From Octopus vulgaris (taxonomy: Eukaryota), in assembly GCA_951406725.2 (NCBI GenBank), contig OX597828.1, forward strand, positions 1,798,001-1,862,000: a DNA stretch of 64,000 nt. The letters are read 5' to 3'. Shown one piece after another: positions 26,965 through 41,490 of the stretch (positions are counted from its first letter, which is position 1; the number at the start of each line of letters is the position of its first letter). The notes beneath the pieces were generated by a model. That model worked only from the letters and a program-made list of their open reading frames with translations. It was not told where the DNA came from and made no database searches. A program made the position numbers and the translations under genes.

Positions 26965-29452
26965 GAAATCACTTGGCAAAAATAAAATAGAAATCACTGC
27001 AGCACCAACGGCGGAAGAAGTGGAAGAATTCTGGAGAGAAATATGGTCGGCGCACATCTGAGCAACTTTGGACCCCCATAACAACTGAAGAGGTCACCCA
27101 GGCACTGCAAAGACTAAGCAACTGGGAGGCACCTGGGCATGACAAGATCCCCAATTTCTGGTTGAAATATCTAACAGGAATGCACAAAAAGCTGGCTGAA
27201 AACTTTAACTACATACTAGCAGAGCCAGAGACAATGCCTGAATGGCTCACGAAGGGGAAAACCATCTTAATTCCCAAATCAAATGAGACAGCAAAACCAG
27301 AAAACTACAGACCAATAACATGTCTCCCTACAATGTACAAGGCATTTACTGCAGTGATATCGCAAAGGTTGAACAAGCACCTGGACGAAAACAACCTGTT
27401 TCAAGAAGAGCTGAATGGATGCCGCAAAGGCTCATATGGCTGTAAAGATCAACTAATGATTAATAAAGCCATAACTGAAGACAGCCACAGAAAGAAGAAA
27501 GGCCTCAGTATGGCCAGGGTCGACTACAAAAAGGCGTTTGATAACATCCCCCACACATGGATCCTCGAAACACTAGCCATTAACAAAGTAGCATCAACAA
27601 TTATAAAATTCATAGGGCACTCTATGAATAAATGGCAAACAGTGCTACAGCTCCAAACAAAAGAGGGACTCATGAAAACCAAAGCCATCCCCATTAGAAG
27701 AGGAATATTCCAGGGAGACACGCTCTCTCCACTCCTTTTCTACTTGGCACTGTCACCCTATCTGATATGCTAAATAGAACTGGATGCGGATATAAATGTT
27801 ACGGCAAAACGATCAGCAACCTTTTATATATGGATGACCTAAAACTATACGCTGCAAATGACAAACAGCTGGAAACACTATTAAAGACAGTTCATGGATT
27901 TACCAAAGAAATAGATATGAAATTTGGATTAGAAAAATGCGCCAAAGTAACCATGAAAAGAGGAAAACTAGTTAGGAGTAGCAACATCACACTAGATAAA
28001 ACCAATGAAATAAAAGAATTAGACCAAAGCCAAACTTACAAATACTTAGGAATCCATGAACTAGATAAGACACAACACACACAAATGAAAGAGAAAATAA
28101 AAAAAGAATATTATAGACGAGCTAGATCAATACTAAAAACAGAGCTCAATGCTAAAAACAAGATAATAGGTATCAACACTTTAGCTGTCCCAGTTATAAG
28201 TTACAGCTACAATATCCTTAACTGGACACGAAATGAACTGACCAAGATAGATAGGAAAACAAGAAAATTAATGACAGGATCTAGGATGCATCACCCAAAA
28301 TCTGACATAGAAAGACTATATATACAACGTATAGAAGGTGGTAGAGGCCTTATACAGCTGGAAAACTACTATAAAATAACCACCATAGGACTGCAAAAAT
28401 ATCTACTTCAGAAGGAAGCAAAACTGATACAAATAGCGGCAAAACACGAGCAAAACAAAAAACTGTTCTCAGTTTTTAAGGAAGCTGACAAATACAAACA
28501 AGAAATCATACCACCTAATGAATATGAAGAAGAAGAAGAAGAAGATAAAGAAACAACAAAAGCTATAAAACAAATGAAATCCAAACTAAAAATAGAACAC
28601 CAACGAACCATGATAAAACGATGGCAAGAAAAGCCCCTTCATGGTAAATACTGGACTAAACTAAACGCAAAAGAAATAGACAAAGAAAAATCCCAGCACT
28701 GGTTGAGAAGCTCAGGACTCAAAGCAGAGACAGAGGGATTTTTAATTGCAGCACAAGACCAAATCATCCCCACCGGAAATTACCAAAAACATGTAATGAA
28801 AAGAAATATAACAAGTAACGGCAGAATATGTGGAGATGGACAAGAAACAATAAATCATATTATCTCTGGCTGCCCTGTCCTGGCTAAGGACAGAGTTGAC
28901 AGAGTTGAAACCTACATACACTGGAAGCTATGCCAACATTATGGAATAACAACAGAAAAAAGATGGTATAGGCACACACCAGAAAAGGTCACAGAGAACG
29001 AGAAAGTAACCCGATACACACAGATAGAGAAATTAAGGCCAAGAGACCAGATATAGTTGTCAGAGATCATGAAGAAAAAAATGCTTTCTAATTAATGTAT
29101 CAATACCGGCAGATGACAACGTGTCTCTAAAAGAAATGGAGAAACTTTCAAAATACAAAGACCTGGAAATAGAGGTAACCAGAATGTGGAATCTAAAAAC
29201 AAACAATTCCTATCATAGTAGGTGCATTAGGCATGATAAAAAAATATTCAGACAAATACATAACAAAAACACCAGGACTTACAAACACATATAACATACA
29301 GAAAATTGCACTACTAGGCACTGCACACATCCTACGCAGAACACTTTCCATACAATAACCATCAGAGCATCACAACAAATCACAGCACATACCTAAGGCA
29401 CACAGAGCTGCGCTCGGTAGTGAAGTGAAAGCACGCTATAAAAATAAAACTA

Positions 29453-29455
<3 letters not shown>
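26965..29455 (+). mobile_element. Young 5'-truncated R4/Dong-clade LINE (RT, CCHC, RLE)
   Basis: ORFs 27162-27773 (NYRPITCL, DYKKAFD, GIFQGDTLSP) and 27767-29056 (YMDDLK, YKYLG, GGRGL, RICG..ETINHIISGC); RPDIV/KYKDL RLE in shifted frames; (TAA)n on both sides. Confidence 0.96.
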
Positions 29456-29530
<75 letters not shown>

Positions 29531-29579
29531 GTATTCTTCTTCTTATTATTGTTTCAATTTTTTGTCACAAGGGCAGCTT

Positions 29580-29770
29580 GGAGGAGGTGGGGGTGAGTCG
29601 ATTACATTGATCCTAATGTTTGACATGTACTTATTTTATCGACCTCGCGGTCTCAGTGTTCAGCTGTTACTTATTTCATCGACCCGAAAAGACGGAAGGC
29701 AAAGTCGGCCTCGGCGGAATTTGAACTCAAAATGTAACGATGGGCGAAATTGACATCCATACTTGTTGCG
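29580..29770 (-). mobile_element. SINE fragment (family C, Nin/Deu-domain-like)
   Basis: tacttattt.atcgaccc..aaggcaaagtcggcctcggcggaatttgaactca. Confidence 0.75.
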
Positions 29771-29781
29771 CGTATATATAA

Positions 29782-29843
<62 letters not shown>

Positions 29844-29861
29844 AGAGAGAGAGAGAGAGAG

Positions 29862-30787
29862 AGTAGAAATTTACAGAAAAACAAAAGACGAAGACAGGTG
29901 TATGAACAACAAGCAGGTGTATTAGTTTGACGCTCGGGAAAGTGAGAATGTCTTTTACGTTTCGAGCCTACGCTCTTCAGCAACAATGAATAAGAAAAAA
30001 TAAACAGAGAAAAAACAAAAAAACTTGTGTATTTAGAGATCAAGCTTGGCGACTGGTTGGAAAAAAGTTTTGACAGGAAAGGTAGAAGGGGAGGGAAATT
30101 ATAAAGTAATGGATGATCCTAAAATGAAGGTGCTCGTGTGTGTGTATGTGAGAATGTGTGTGCGTGTGTGTGTAGATAAGGGCTAGTGACTTTGACGTGA
30201 GTGGATGTGTGCGTGTATAAGTGTGTGCGTATGTGGATGATTGTGTGTGGCTGTGCAGACGATGGTGTATGGTGTGGGTGCTGGAAAGTGGTCAGTGCTA
30301 GTGTTTGTGGAGTGGTGTGGGGTGGTATGATGTGGTGGTTTGGGGGCGTTGTGTGTGGTGTGTTGGGATGTGTGGGGGGTATGATTGGGGTGTGGTGATG
30401 TAGGGGTAGGTAGAAGTGGTCAGTGCTCGTGTGTGTGGAGTGGTGTGGGTGGTATGATGTGGTGTGGTGTGTGGGGATATGGAGGTAGGTGTGTGGGATG
30501 TGGAGTGGGTATGTGGGGGTAGGGATGTTATGGGTGCGGGTGGTGTGTGGATGGAGGAGTATCAAGTAGGTGGTTGGAGTGAAGAGAGGAAGTAGGTGTC
30601 AGATGAAGAGAGAAGAGAGGAAAAGTCAGATGATGAGAGGAGGCGAGTTGAACCCATTTGTATCTTGAACCCATACTGTGGCTGGTATAGCCGAAAACGG
30701 GAAAAGACTCAATGAAAATGACGTCATGTGTCAACGTAGGAGGTTGATCTGAGGCTTTTGCAGAAGACATGTTGAAGTTGTCCTTTA
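29862..30787 (-). mobile_element. Penelope-like 3' end: endonuclease tail, CAC-rich UTR, minimal HHR-like motif (29950-29985)
   Basis: Minus strand GAGC GTAG GCTC GAAA CG TA; terminal block acaaaagacgaagacaggt...tattagtttgacgct shared with 53440-53570 and partly 290-350. Confidence 0.6.
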
Positions 30788-31035
30788 CTGTATCTTGATT
30801 GGTTTATGTACGGTGGCCAAAAAATTTGCACGGCCATTTTTGGTGATCATTTCGCATCTTCCTCTCTCATTTAGAGCCCCAATTACAAAATATAATGATT
30901 TGATATGGAAATGGCTTGGACAGGCTCAACATTTCATTTGGAAAATACACAAGGCGAAACACCCACTTGTAACTTGGTAATAAGTAGAAATTTGCAATAG
31001 TTTAAAGTGGCCGAAGACCTTTGCATGGTACTGTA
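30788..31035 (+). mobile_element. Solo Tc1-type terminal repeat
   Basis: Colinear with 9476-9688, ends tactgTA. Confidence 0.8.
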
Positions 31036-31041
31036 AAAGAA

Positions 31042-31096
<55 letters not shown>

Positions 31097-31117
31097 ATAT
31101 CAAGGGAGGAAATTATA

Positions 31118-31181
<64 letters not shown>

Positions 31182-31205
31182 GAGATAGCAGGCATCATAC
31201 TCCCT

Positions 31206-31313
31206 TCCATATCGGCTAAGTCTGATGAGCGTAAAGTTATATAATCGGATTGTTACGAAATACTCCATTGTATTCTTTACGCGAAACGGATCGGTAAGTT
31301 CAGCCGTAATGGA
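31206..31313 (+). ncRNA. Type I hammerhead ribozyme motif, intact core
   Basis: CGGCT..CTGATGA-GCGTAAAG...CTTTACGC-GAAA-CGGATCGG-TA..AGCCG: perfect 8-bp helix II and a GUA site. Confidence 0.82.
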
Positions 31314-31452
31314 TATTTGATACTATCGTGTCTTTGTATTTCCCGTCCGTTAAGTTTTCGTCTAATTTCCGGTTTGCACTGCTTTTGTCTAACTTTTTCT
31401 CTTTGATACATCCATGTAGCGCAACGCACACCCTATTTGTTTACTTTATTAT

Positions 31453-31625
31453 ACAAAATAAACAGGAAGAGAGAGTGAGAGAAAGTTGTGACGAAAGAGT
31501 ACAACAGGGGTCGCCACCACCCCCTGCTGGAGGCTCGTGGAGCTGTAGGTGTTTTCGCTCAATAAACACACACAATGCCCGGTCTGGGAATCGAAACTGC
31601 CCTAAACACTGGGCTATTGCGCTCC
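31453..31625 (-). mobile_element. tRNA-derived SINE (family D), 5' part
   Basis: Reverse complement of 21473-21600. Confidence 0.8.
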
Positions 31626-31967
31626 CACTTCATTCTTTATAGCCAGTTGTAATAACATTTCGTTGTTTAAATGTTTATAATTCATTTGTATTGAGCAAAA
31701 GTAAATTTTCTCATATGCATGTATCTTAAAGATTGTTCTTATCTAGAATTTATTATATTACCCTTAGATGCAAAGATTTGGTGAAGTTCTATACACAGGT
31801 CCTGTTTTGCCGTACTGATTAATTCCCAATTGACAGTATAGTCTTCGTTTCTGTCTTTAATAGACCAAATTAATTTACTTAGACGTTTTTGAATTTTTTT
31901 TGCCTTTAAATGAAATCAAGTGATTAGCTAGTCTCTTTTTGAAAATTAGTGCAGTCGCACTGATGTA

Positions 31968-33211
31968 ATGAGTTGTCCGGAAAGTTCGTGCCGATTTTTA
32001 AAGGAAAGAAAACGGTCAATAAATACTTGCCATTACATTTTTAATCAACCAAATATGAACCATTTTGCTGGACAATGCGTCTCCATTCTTCCTTTAACTT
32101 GAAAATATCCACTTCCCAGAATTGAGGTGGTTTCATGGTAAAGAATTCATCAAGGTATCTTTTTTACGTCATCCAAGGAATTGAAGTTTTTACCATTAAG
32201 ACTATTCTGCAGAGACCTGAATAAGTGGAAATCCGAAGGAGCAATATCTGGTGAATATGGAGGGTGGGCAACACATCCCAGCCGAGCTGCAGCAATTTTT
32301 GTCTGGTTCCCAAAGAAACGTGCTGTCTTGCATTATCATGTTGGAAAACAACATCTTTCCTGTTGGCTAATTCTGGACGTTTCTCTTGAATTGCTACTTT
32401 TAACTCGTCCAGTTGTGTGCAGTATTACTCAGAATTAATTGTCTGGTTACTTGGGAGAAGCTCATAGTACAGAATTCCTTTCCAATCCCACCAGACACAA
32501 AACAAGACTTTTTAGGGTGAAGACTCCAGGATTGCTTTCTCTGAACATTTCGGTAGATAATCCATTTCTCATCACCTGTCACAATTTGCTTTAAAAAAGG
32601 CGCGTTTTCATTCCGTTTACAAAGCGAATCACAGATGGAAATGCGATCCAAAAGGTTCTACTCACTCAACTCATGTGGTACCCAAACATCGTAGCGATTT
32701 GTGCACCCAAGCTTTACCAGGTGCTCATGATCGACGGATTTTGATAGGTTGAGGCTTTCTGCCTATTCTCGGCTTGTGCAATGTGGGTTATTCTCAATTA
32801 ATGACTTGATTTGGTCATCATCTGTAGTGGATGGTCTGCCTGATCGCTCTTTATCAATAAGGCTACAATCTCCAGTTCGGAACCTTGCGAACCACTTCCG
32901 TACATTTCTTTCGGATAAAGAAACATTACCGTAAACTGCGCATATTTCTTTGGTTGCTTGTGAGGCATTTTTCCCTTTACGGAAAAAGAAAAGCATCAAG
33001 TGCCGAAAATGAACTTTCTTATTTTCCACTTTAAATGGTTACAGAATTAACACAGGTTATAGGAACATAAATCTTCTTCTACGAAGAGATACCTTAAACT
33101 GTGCTCTAAATGGAGGTGTAGCCAAATCTTATTTTATGGACTCAACCATATTCTAAAATAAGTCGAAAGGTAAGCTACTATAAATCTGCACGAACTTTCC
33201 GGACAACCCAA
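31968..33211 (-). mobile_element. Full-length mariner (mellifera-like), transposase pseudogene
   Basis: TIRs gttgtccggaaagttcgtgc with TA flanks; ENKKVHFRHLMLFFFRKGKNASQA, IVTGDEKW and a YSPDIAPSD region; stops and frameshifts. Confidence 0.95.
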
Positions 33212-33713
33212 TAAAAGTATTCTCTTCCCTCAGACGTAACTTTATATCTATATATTACACTTTTAGTTTTACATTTATTATTCACATACCAAGAGACCTG
33301 TTTAGAACAATTACAAAGATAATCTTTTTTTATTTCTCACAGATTTAGTATTAATTTGATCATTTATGGTAAAATCAAATTCATTTCTACAAGTTCTTTA
33401 CCACTATTTACTCTTCCATAATATTGCTATATTTGTTCTATTTTTAGCTGAATTTTCATTCGATTCTACGATACTAATTATATTAAATTGGGTTGTTTCC
33501 CTTTCCACGACTTTTTAATTCTTATCGTTTTCTTCTATTTGATTATCTTTTTTATTCCTTTTGACATTGGTTTTCTGAATATTTACTTTGCTGCTCTGAT
33601 TAGAATAGCTTACTTTTACGTTGTGTGTTGTCATTAATTGTGCAATATTTTTGCTATTAGAATAAGCCATATGGATCGTATGTTTATTAAAATTCTACAC
33701 GTACGATTTATAG

Positions 33714-33786
<73 letters not shown>

Positions 33787-33869
33787 TGTGTGTGTGTGTG
33801 TGTGTATGTGCTGCAGGTATGTATGCACGTGTGTATATTTGTGTGCATATGTGTATGTATGCCGAGAGC

Positions 33870-34520
33870 ATTTAGAGCGTATCTCCATTGACAGAATTAA
33901 CTCTCAATTCTACATTGAATCTTTGCTCTACATGTATGCGCATATTTCTGCACGTTTCAACGACGGATACACACTAATCTTCTAGAGTTAATTTCTGTGG
34001 AATGATAATATGTCTTCCTGAGGTCGATTTCGGCTGTGCTCCTAAAGTTGACAAATATGAACCTTTTCCTAAGTTTTAGAGACATTCTTTGCTTTCCTCT
34101 ACAACTGAAAAGAGTTTGTTTCCAAAAATGTTTTCATTCTTTCTTATCGTGTTCTTACAATTCTAAAATGTTTAAAACCATCTTAACCTATCTAAACATG
34201 GCAATTTGTCCGTCATTGTCGATGCTTATTGCACATGCCGCACGATAAAAAAATGGATTATAGTCATCACAAAATAACCCGAGATGACAACTATCAGATT
34301 TGAGGTGTACAGGAAAACTAAGTACAAATTATATATGATGAAAATAAGAGTGTTTATATCCGGCAAAACCTGATAAAACCGTGTGATCAAAGTAACTCTC
34401 AACGTCTTACTTCACCTGATTTTAATCGCCTGGACTGCTGCATAAAATGTATGGTCAGTGTGGGGAGCCCCGGTAAAACTTCATTGGCTGCTACAAACAT
34501 GTGATGGTAACACATGAGTT
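33870..34520 (+). mobile_element. Possible decayed Tc1/mariner-superfamily (maT-like) fragment
   Basis: Only an SPDFNRLD-like trace near 34410-34437. Confidence 0.3.
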
Positions 34521-34559
34521 GATATGTATAAGGAAAATAGGACAAGTGCTAAAATAATT

Positions 34560-35120
34560 TTATCATGAAGAACATTTTAGTACCAGTTTCAGTCTTTGCG
34601 ACTTTTTCAACTTAGAGTAAAGCATGGATAACAATTAAATTGCGGAAAAATTAAATGAAATATTTTAAATATTTCCATAGTTTTCCCAACGGAATTTTCG
34701 CTCCAACAATCCACTAAACAACCTCGCACAACAAACCCGTACCACACGTAATAATTACCAACGACGGCCCCCTAAAGCACCACATCCGAACATGGGATAT
34801 AGGGACACACTTTTTAATACCCTTCCAATAATCCGCACCATAAATCATAAGAACAGGGCACTCCACAACAACAGGGAACAACTACATATCTGCTACCGTC
34901 CCAATCACCTCAATCATTTTTTAGACTCAGTACGCAAGCACAGGGATACGAGATAGCACCGGACAGGAGAAAACAAAAGTGATAGAAATCTAACTCACAA
35001 AGAACTAACACCAAACCAAATCAACGTCGTTGAAACGTTGAAACACCCCTCAACACCTCAACTATAACGAAATGAAAGACGCTGCAGAATTCTGTAGAAA
35101 ATTACGATTCGCCGACCTGT
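34560..35120 (+). mobile_element. Penelope-like 5' fragment (pre-RT region)
   Basis: Frameshifted NLTHKELTPNQINV...NEMKDAAEFCRKLRF matches the PLE VINLS..LT..Q...F.RKLR motif; degenerate minus-strand HHR-like motif at 34575-34612. Confidence 0.6.
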
Positions 35121-35324
35121 CTGTTAATAGATTGTGCTCTTTGAGCAGAAAATGTTTTGTTCGCAGTTAAGAGATGTCTTGACTCTTGTTTCTAAAAATG
35201 CTGGTGCTGACTTGCACCCTTAGTGACCTTTAGTGACCTTAGTGACCTTTAGTGACGTGTTATACTTTTGCCTTTTGGTTCTAAATTGCAGCTAGATATT
35301 TTAATAATTTATACATATACATAA

Positions 35325-35360
<36 letters not shown>

Positions 35361-35405
35361 AAGTAAAAGAGTAAAAAAGTATATATATATATATTATATA
35401 TATAT

Positions 35406-35469
<64 letters not shown>

Positions 35470-35519
35470 TATATATATATATTTCATTATATAATTATAT
35501 ATATATGTATATATTTATA

Positions 35520-35722
35520 CGTGTGTCTGTATCTATGTTTGTCCTCCCACCATCGCTTGAGTTGGTGTTTTTATGCCCCGTAAGCTAGCGGTTCGGCAAA
35601 AGAGAACGATAGAATAAGTTTGAAAGAATAAATTCTGTGGTCGATTTCTTAAACTAAAGGCGGTGCTCCAGCATCGTCGCAGTCAAATGACTGAAAGAAG
35701 TAAAAGAATAAAAGTATAAAAA
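35520..35722 (+). mobile_element. SINE family A, 3' half
   Basis: agcggttcggcaaaagaga..gatagaataag..ctaaaggcggtgctccagcat. Confidence 0.85.
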
Positions 35723-35748
35723 GGAATACATACATACACACACAAACA

Positions 35749-35789
<41 letters not shown>

Positions 35790-36188
35790 TTATATATATA
35801 TGCACCCCAGATTAGAGGTGCTAGGGGTTAGTTGCGATGGAACCACGTTGATTCTGAGTCTTGCATCTAATGGGAATCTGCATTCCCTTTCGTTCTTTTA
35901 ATAGTAAACATTATACTTGCCTTAACATTATTTACATACACACATAACTGCACAGGTATCACTGTACATATATTTATACATACATAAACAATATGCATTT
36001 ATATATTCATATGTATATGTGTGTATATATATATAAATGTTTGTATATACTGTATGTACATATATATATGTTTATACATATATATATGCACACTCATTTA
36101 TAAATTTAGATATATTTACACATGTATATACTAGCACAAGTATATGCATTTACATACGAATATTCATATGCATAAACAAATATGTACA

Positions 36189-36240
<52 letters not shown>

Positions 36241-36281
36241 TATACATACATACATACATACATACATACATACATACATAC

Positions 36282-37400
36282 CCAGATTGCAAATTCATGT
36301 TTATACCTGTGATCATTGGGGCACTGAAATATGTAACACACCGCCTAAATGCAAATACAAATAAAATTAGGCTTCTCAAAACCAGAAGAGAGAAAGCTGA
36401 TTCGAAGTCTACGGATCCAAACTATTACTGCAACTGTAAAGATCTGTAAAACTTTCCAGAAGTTTAGCATTTAAATATATATGAGCATATGAGATATACA
36501 ACTATATGCATGAGAATACATACATACAAAAATACCCTGTTGATGTTGTTGAAATTCCACTAAAGCAGCCTTGGATCTGGGTTACAAACCGGCTCTTTCT
36601 CTGTTGGCAAGAAATCTTGAAATAGAACTAAATAATGACATACATTACCGGATCACTAATTCTCACTTCATCATAAACAGTTGTCCGAAAATGTTATCGC
36701 TTTATCATCTACCGATGAGACATGATGTTGTAGCTAAGACACTGTATAATGAGATCCACGGAAAGATAGCCCCGAGACCAAATAGATAAAACACTTAGTA
36801 TGGTAGAGGCCCAAACCATTCATAACAAAAAAGAGTTCTGGCGGAATGCCCATGTGGAAACCGTAGTAAAATGAAAAAATAATAGATCAGACATAGTGAT
36901 TTGAGAATGGGAAAATAATCTACGTACAATAGTGGAAGTCAGTTGCCCAGTTGATGCCAACATAAAGCTAAAGATCAGCGAAGCAGAAAATACCTACGCT
37001 GAACAATTGAAAAATTTACAGTTATTCTACTCTGATTACAAGTTCAGATTTATACTGACAACAATTGAAGCACTGTGATATGTAACAAACTGCCATGGCA
37101 CCAATCTTGGGTCATTAGGGTTCTCAAATCGAGAAAGAGCAAACTTAATTAGAAGATTATAGTAAAAGCCGTCAATGGAACTGTCACAATATGTAAAACT
37201 TTCTAAAAGTCTAGTGTTTAGGTATATATGCACATATCTAGACATGCGACTATATTCATATCTAAAACAAAGCATAGAAATCTGTACATGCACTGACTCC
37301 TAATATTGCACAAATAACTTAAAATTTCAATGCAGGAACCTTAGATCTAGGTTTGAAACCGGCTCATTTTCCGTTGGCATGAAATCTATAAATTAAACTA
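36282..37400 (+). mobile_element. Two tandem 3' fragments of an RLE-type (R4-like) LINE
   Basis: INSCPK..RHDVVAK, NRSDIV, IVEVSCPVDANI, DYKFRFI; the terminal region and 3' UTR (gatct.ggtt..aaaccggctc..gttggca) occur at ~36290-36635 and ~37035-37400. Confidence 0.8.
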
Positions 37401-37413
37401 AATAACACACATG

Positions 37414-37483
<70 letters not shown>

Positions 37484-37689
37484 AACAAACATATATAGAG
37501 AGATGTATACAAATACATATATATGCACACATGTACATACACATACATACTCTCTCTCTCTCTAACACACACAGACACGCAAACACAAGCACAACAGCGC
37601 ACGCACAAAAAGATTCTGTTAAATTCTCGAGGAATTACCCAATGAACGTTATGTTATATGACAAAAGCTTAATTCGTAACTGTTTTATT

Positions 37690-38282
37690 TACTTGCTGAA
37701 TAATCTATGCTTATCACTTGGGAAGGAAATTGGGTGTCTCCCCTGAGACGAATGGCTCACATATTTGCATATCAATGACTTGTATCTGGATTGCAGAGGA
37801 TAACCATGAGAGGCTCCTTTCTAACTCTGGACCAGAGAGCAAATTCCGCCTGTCTCGCTCTAATGAGAAGTACTGAACACCATTCATACCACTATGGAAT
37901 GAGTATCTGGGTTGTTTGGTCCACGTTTTTTTCTCCCCTACTTAATACATGCAGATACCAGACCAAAAGTAGCAGATACATTACAGCTCTGAACACTTCA
38001 GCAGCTATTTTGCTCTACTATTCGCTGCTGAAGATGCCTTCTTTGTTCTTTCTCTCAAAGCCTCTGCAGTGACCACGATGAAGCAAGCATTCTGTGCTTC
38101 TCTATATTTCCTCAATCGCTACTTTGTTAACCTTCTCAAGTCCGATGCCAGCCATGTGAAATATCTTGTACCTACGTACATGCCAACAACCTTTCACCCC
38201 TGCACCAATCAACGTCCATAGCTATTAGCACATACGCGCACACACACACATACATACACACACACACACACACAGACAGACA

Positions 38283-38331
<49 letters not shown>

Positions 38332-38890
38332 GCACACACACGCACATATACAAACATGCAATTTTTCGTTTTTCTGTTAAGTGTTGAGTTGTTGGCGTCA
38401 TTTAAGTTTGGGAGAGAATGTCTTCTGGTGTATGTCGCACCTCTGAGCTCAATCTCTTGAGGGGACAATAAATAAACAACAAGTACCAGAGATATACTGA
38501 GTTCTAACTTCAAATTAGACCTATCACTTGCATTCCTCGGAGTAAGAAGAGAAGACTTTCGAACCTGAGTAACAGGACTTTGGGACAGCGATACTCCCTT
38601 TCAGTGTCAGACGGACAATCAATATGTATGAATACGGAGCATGCGCTGATGCAGAATAAAAACTAATGGAACTGAGCCATTTCCAGCAGTTCTGTCTTTA
38701 ATCGACTGTAAAGAAGAACGGCTGACATGAGATTAGGCTCAATATCTAACAACTTTGTCCAAGAACTCAACTGTTGTGCTTATTTTACCTAACCTCCACC
38801 TCGAAAGCATGAAGAAAGAAGTTCACAAGAGTAACTTAAAACTAAACATATAGTGATGTGCTCAAATATTGTCTGGTGTACTATCTCATA
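37690..38890 (-). mobile_element. Decayed RLE-LINE RT fragments split by microsatellites
   Basis: Minus-strand IELRG..YQ.D.LSP-like and related traces; heavily mutated. Confidence 0.4.
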
Positions 38891-38965
38891 CAGCATGTAT
38901 GTATGTATGTATGTATGTATGTATGTATGTATGCATGCATGTATGTATGTATGCATGTATGTATG

Positions 38966-39028
<63 letters not shown>

Positions 39029-39376
39029 ATGTATGTATGTATGTATGTATGTATGTATGTATGTATGTATGTATGTATGTATGTATCTTCTATTTTCCAT
39101 ATTATTATAAATATTCCACTGAGGAAGGATCCGGTTTCCAACAAAGATAGAAGGCTCCATCTTTGGGATGTAGTTAACACAGACAAATTCACATTTGGAA
39201 CTTGAGAAAAGTCTTGCATATTTTTACTGTTCCACTCACAGATTGGACTTGTAATGTATGCATGTATGTATGTATGTATGTATGTATGTATGTATGTATG
39301 TATGTATGTATGGATGGATGGATGTTTGTATGTTTGTTTGTCTGCATGTATATGCGTGTATTTATATATGTATGTA

Positions 39377-40569
39377 CAGGGTGGGGCACAGAGGACGGAT
39401 GTTTTTGAAAAATTCACAAAATCATCAATTTTAGCCGCAAACAAATTTTATTGGCATCAATGTGTTCGTACTGAATAAGTTATTTGTGAAAATCAAGTGT
39501 GAGAAGCAACATCCACCATATGGTGTCCATTTTCATTGATGCATTTCTGAAGGCGTTCTTGGAAGTTGGCCTCAACTCTCTCCAGCATTGCTCTGTCGAT
39601 CTGGGGTATTTCCATGCGAATAGCTTCCTTCAAATCGTCCAGTGTACGCGCATATACACGTGCCCTGAAACTTCCCCACAAGAAATAATCACACATGGAT
39701 AAATCAGGGGACCGAGGGAGCCAAGGAATGTCAGCAAACCTGGAAGCGAAGCGGGCACTGAAGAGAGGGCGAAGAACGTCCATCGATGCTCTGACACACG
39801 TCGAATGGGCATACGTTTGCGTCGTAATTCAGGCACAAAGAAGTTGTTTATCATCTTAATGTAACGCTCAGAGTTCACAGTAACAGTATTTCCATTACTG
39901 TCTTCAAAAATGTAAGGAGCAATGACGGCAGTTTTTCTAACAGCACACCAGGCCGTCACTTTTGGGCTGTACAGTGGTCTTTCGTCCAATAACCCAATAT
40001 CGACAGTTCTGTTGATTCACTATGCCATTCAGATGAAAATGAGCTTCATCACTCATAAACAAGATGAGTTTGTCATTTGCCTCAAAAATTGCTGCCAACT
40101 GACGTGCGAAGTTAAGCCGCTATGTATAGTCCCGTGGTTTCATCTGTCGCTCAATGACCGATTTGTACGGGTGGAAATGCAGGTCTTCATGCAAAATACG
40201 CCTTACTGATCGCTTACCCATACCAAATTCAGTGGAATGCCCCCGTGCAGAGCGATTCGGACTCAAAGTTTGTCTGACGTGTTCCACATTTTCCGGGGTC
40301 CGTCCAGTTCGTGGTGCCCCCATCAATCTCCTATTCATTAGTGCACCTCGTGTACAAAGTGTATTCACCCAACGTAAGAATGTTGAAGTGGCGCCGAAAC
40401 TCACGCTGAACTGTTGTGACAGGTTCGTTATTCTTCACATAACTATCGTAGGCAAATACCGATGGTCTACCGTCCACAGCGCCATGGCTTGATCTGAATG
40501 GAAATAAAAATCCAAGGCACCACGGACACTGACGATTTCAAAAACGTCCGTCCTCTCTGCCCCACCCTG
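39377..40569 (-). mobile_element. Tc1/mariner of rosa/DD41D type, internally deleted pseudogene
   Basis: TIRs cagggtggggca.agaggacgga.gtttttgaaa with TA flanks in (TATG)n; RTPENV, LHFHPYK, SDEAHFHL, TVNSERY, WLPRSPDLSMCDYFLWG. Confidence 0.92.
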
Positions 40570-41054
40570 TATGTATGTATGTATGTATGTATGTATGTAT
40601 GTATGTATGTATGTATGTATGTATGTATGTATGTATGTGCGTGTGAGCATGTGTGTGTGTGTGCGCGTGAGTGCGCATATATGTATGCATTACACGGAAG
40701 AGAAAGACAAGAGTCTTGAAGCTGTTTCCGTATTACCTAATGCTATGGTGACTTGAACGGATAACGTAACCGATGTCAACTAAATGGTTTACTTGGAGCT
40801 GTACCTATTCTACTATTGGCGCTCTAAAGATGTGGGCAAGATTGTATGTGTGCACGCACACACACACACAGACTCACACACACATTTACATATATATTTA
40901 CATATATACGATAGTAGTGAACAGTGAAGATTAGTACTCAACTCTTCATTCGGTGGGAAAATGATAAACAACGCATTAACACAAACACACACAAATACAT
41001 ACGATTACATTTATACGCATACATGTGTGTGTATGTATACATTGATGCATATAT

Positions 41055-41116
<62 letters not shown>

Positions 41117-41375
41117 TTACAAATATGTAAAATTATGATAGTATACATATTTATGTATATGTATGTATATATGTATATATGCTTGTGTGTGTATGTATGC
41201 ATATATATGTGTTGTATGTGTATACATATATATATATATATATATACACGTACATTTACGCATACACTAAAATATACAAACTTGCATTAACATACATATA
41301 AACACACACACACACATCGTTTGTAAAAAACATAAATCCGAAAGAAAAATCACGCTCTAAGATGTAGAGCAATAC

Positions 41376-41469
<94 letters not shown>

Positions 41470-41490
41470 CTCTATACATACACACTCACA

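Noticed and set aside
30119-30640. His/Pro/Thr-rich ORF
   Set aside because: Degenerate GTG/GT low-complexity UTR of a PLE remnant.
35215-35256. Four ttagtgacct repeats (also a ~33-bp duplication at 62811-62880)
   Set aside because: Simple slippage duplications with no spacers; not CRISPR-like, and no function is evident.
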